From positions 2,232,001-2,296,000 of the forward strand of contig CM059449.1 in assembly GCA_030390025.1 (NCBI GenBank): a DNA stretch of 64,000 nucleotides, in the 5' to 3' direction. The stretch comes from Squalus acanthias. Its lineage: Eukaryota. A model generated the notes under the pieces. It had not been told where the DNA came from. It worked only from the letters and a program-made list of their open reading frames with translations, and made no database searches. Both the position numbers and the translations under genes were made by a program. Shown piece by piece: positions 61,738 through 64,000 of the stretch (position 1 is the stretch's first letter; each line of letters opens with the position of its first letter).

Positions 61738-61820
61738 CGTATCCCATTGGTTAGCCCATTGTTCCAGGTGTTGCATAGAGTGCACTAAATCCCCAGTCAT
61801 GTCCTCCAAAAATGCATCAT
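61738..61820 (-). CDS. Candidate internal exon of an unidentified gene
   Basis: cttcctttttacag|AT...ACG|gtgagt; only one open frame, xDAFLEDMTGDLVHSMQHLEQWANQWDT. Confidence 0.5.
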
Positions 61821-62377
61821 CTGTAAAAAGGAAGATGCTGATAGTATTAAATCTGAGTGACCATAATTAAGAAAAGTTCCACGTGACTGCTTATGATGAT
61901 TTCAATGAGGTAATATTTCCAGCATTGCTGAATTTCAAAACAGAAAATGCTGGAATTTCACAGTCCATTTATCACCATCTGAAAAGAGAAAAGACAGGTT
62001 AAAGTTTTAGGCAGAGTCCCTTCATCTGACAGTGGTGTAAAATCTCACGCTCCAAATGCTGTCCGTTACATACTGACAGACATAGTTCCAGAGGTATGGG
62101 GCATCTCCAAACATGACCGCTGCCTTGGCAGTCATGATGCTTGCTTCACTGAAGCACTCTCCTCCTCCAACCTCCCCCAGTTCAGAAAAGCAATTCAGAG
62201 CTGGTGCTCTTCTCCTTCCCTCTCAGTTCACACTGGCACTCCCTCCCGTTCCCACTTGATGCTGGGGCAGCATTCTCCCTGCCCACTGCCAATTTGTGCT
62301 GGCACTTTGCTCCCTCACTTGCATTTTATTCAGTTTTGCTGTGGAGATAAAACAAAATCGGGACCGTTCCCTTTATA

Positions 62378-62480
62378 ACAACAGAAAACGCTGGAAAAAC
62401 TCAGCAGGCCAGGCAGCATCCGTGGAGAGAGAAAGAGAGTTAACGTTTCAGGTCGATGACCTTTCATCAGAACTGGGAAG
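62378..62480 (-). mobile_element. Second-family Penelope pLTR with hammerhead motif
   Basis: Minus strand: AGTT-CTGATGA-A-AGGTC atc GACCT-GAAA-CGTT-AACT (62439-62474). Confidence 0.75.
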
Positions 62481-62940
62481 AGCCGGAAATCAAATAGATT
62501 TAAGGCCAGGGTAAAGCTGGGAAAAGGGGGAGGGGATAAAGGAACAAAGGGGGAGATGAAGAGACATTAAGAGACATTAAAAGATATGCAAGGCTAGAGG
62601 TGGTGTTAATGTGACAGATTAAGGCTGAATGAAGTGTGAAATCCACTGGCAGAATGAAGGACAGCTGCCAGCTTCTAGGAGGAAAAAAAAGGTGGGGGGG
62701 GACAAATAAATGGGTGTATACTTTAGTGGATACTTTAGAAAGTGCTCAATAGCCGATGCCGCGGAGCTGCGTTAGTGAAAGCTGTTCTGTTTGTTTAAAG
62801 GTTTTACAGTAACAAGAACTCAGCTGTTGCTGTATCAATAGAAGGAATCCCAGGAATTTCTGTTCTTGTAAAACTCGTCTGTGTCCATAGATGGCGCTGC
62901 TGCACAGTTTCTCTAAACAGAGCCACTTAACGGAGATATT

Positions 62941-63710
62941 GGCCCGGGTTTTGCTGTACTGATAACGGTGAGGCTGTCGGTGCTCACCGTTATTACAGGG
63001 TAAAACTGACAGCAACCTCTAGCTTCCGCACATGCGCAGTTAAACGCAGAAATCCGGAAATTGCTGTCAGTGATACCCTGCTCCTCCACAGGCTGCGCTG
63101 TTGCAGTCTTCGCCAATGGAATCTGCACAGAGATCACTGTAATGGTGTGAACTTAGGCTAATTACCCATTATTCTCACTCTAAAGACAGATGAAAAAGTT
63201 AGGGCTTATACAATCAGGAGTATCTGAGTTTTTAACAGCATAATAAGTGATAATTACAGCTGAAGAACCTCTCTGGCCCTGAAAACTTAATTTTACAGGT
63301 GTACAGTCTCATTCCCTCAAGAAAATCAATGGTGCAGATTTTTTTTAAAGTTTAAAAAAAAATAGTTTTACTGTTTTTCTCTTATGTCTCTCCCTTAAAC
63401 CCGTGTGTATGTTCCAATCTTTATTTCGTTCCTGTACAATGATTTGAATGTAATTTATATTTCCTGTTTCTTTCTTCCTGCTTTGCAGTCTGCTTGCCTC
63501 AGTGAGGATTCTTCAATCTGATTGGTTGAAGAGCCTCCCTGCTGCTTGCGCTGCTCACAGATACCATAGATCCCCAGTAGAGTGCACCGCACTGGATCAG
63601 ACACCCGTCGACAGGAAATCTCTGCTGACCAGCCCGCGAAGTGTCTCTGGGCAACTGTACATGAGGTGAACAGTGAAAGCCTTTCCTTTGCTGCTCAGCA
63701 AAATCCGGGC
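62941..63710. mobile_element. Non-autonomous DNA transposon, possibly PIF/Harbinger-like
   Basis: Imperfect TIRs GGCCCGGGTTTTGCTG / CAGCAAATCCGGGCC; TSD unclear. Confidence 0.55.
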
Positions 63711-63764
63711 CAATGAGAATAAAACGGACAGAAATTCTTGGGAACAAAAGGCTAAAAAACTGTA

Positions 63765-63920
63765 AATCTGAAACATCTGGAAACACTCACCAGGTCAGGC
63801 AACATCTGTGGAGGGAATGGAGAAACTCCTTTGTGAAGAAACGTTCAAACCTGAAGCATCAGCTCCTCTATTCTCTCCACACAAGCTGCCTCATCTGTTT
63901 CCAGGATATTTTTTATTTGT
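63765..63920. mobile_element. Decayed inverted Penelope pLTR pair
   Basis: CTGGAAACACTCACCAGGTCAGGCAACATCTGTGGAG resembles 62390-62430 and is mirrored by CTCTCCACACAAGCTGCC..TTTCCAG. Confidence 0.5.
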
Positions 63921-64000
63921 TTGAGAGTTTGGCTTCATTCATAAATTGGACAACCCGCTCACATGATGAAGTGTGCTTTTCCTCATTGTCCTGCAGTGAA

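Noticed and set aside
62884-62900. CTCF-like sites here and at ~1336-1352
   Set aside because: Only partial matches; not supportable without a PWM score or ChIP data.

Overview
Vertebrate genomic DNA, inferred to be a cartilaginous fish from its repeat complement (CR1, L2, RTE and Tx1 LINEs, Penelope-like elements, tRNA-derived SINEs). Most of the window is repeats. The one clear host gene is a minus-strand butyrophilin/B7-like gene with leader, IgV, IgC and TM exons (20810 to 13161), all joined by phase-1 GT-AG junctions. At 27.1-28.8 kb two ~550-580 bp GC-rich arms form an inverted duplication. Each arm ends in an inward-facing AGA|GTGAGT splice donor, and the spacer holds an orphan plus-strand signal-peptide exon. 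A 36/37-bp G-rich tandem array radiates outward from each arm (~2.3 kb left, ~23 kb right); its monomer matches 36 bp of the L2 LINE ORF2 C-terminus. The window also holds one apparently intact full-length CR1 (2962-7722) with four 83-bp 5' monomers, and many nested or truncated CR1s. Three different CR1 families share a T_TTA_AAC slippery heptamer immediately before the ORF1 stop, with ORF2 open in the -1 frame. Penelope terminal repeats carry minimal hammerhead ribozyme motifs. All coordinates and identities were read by eye.
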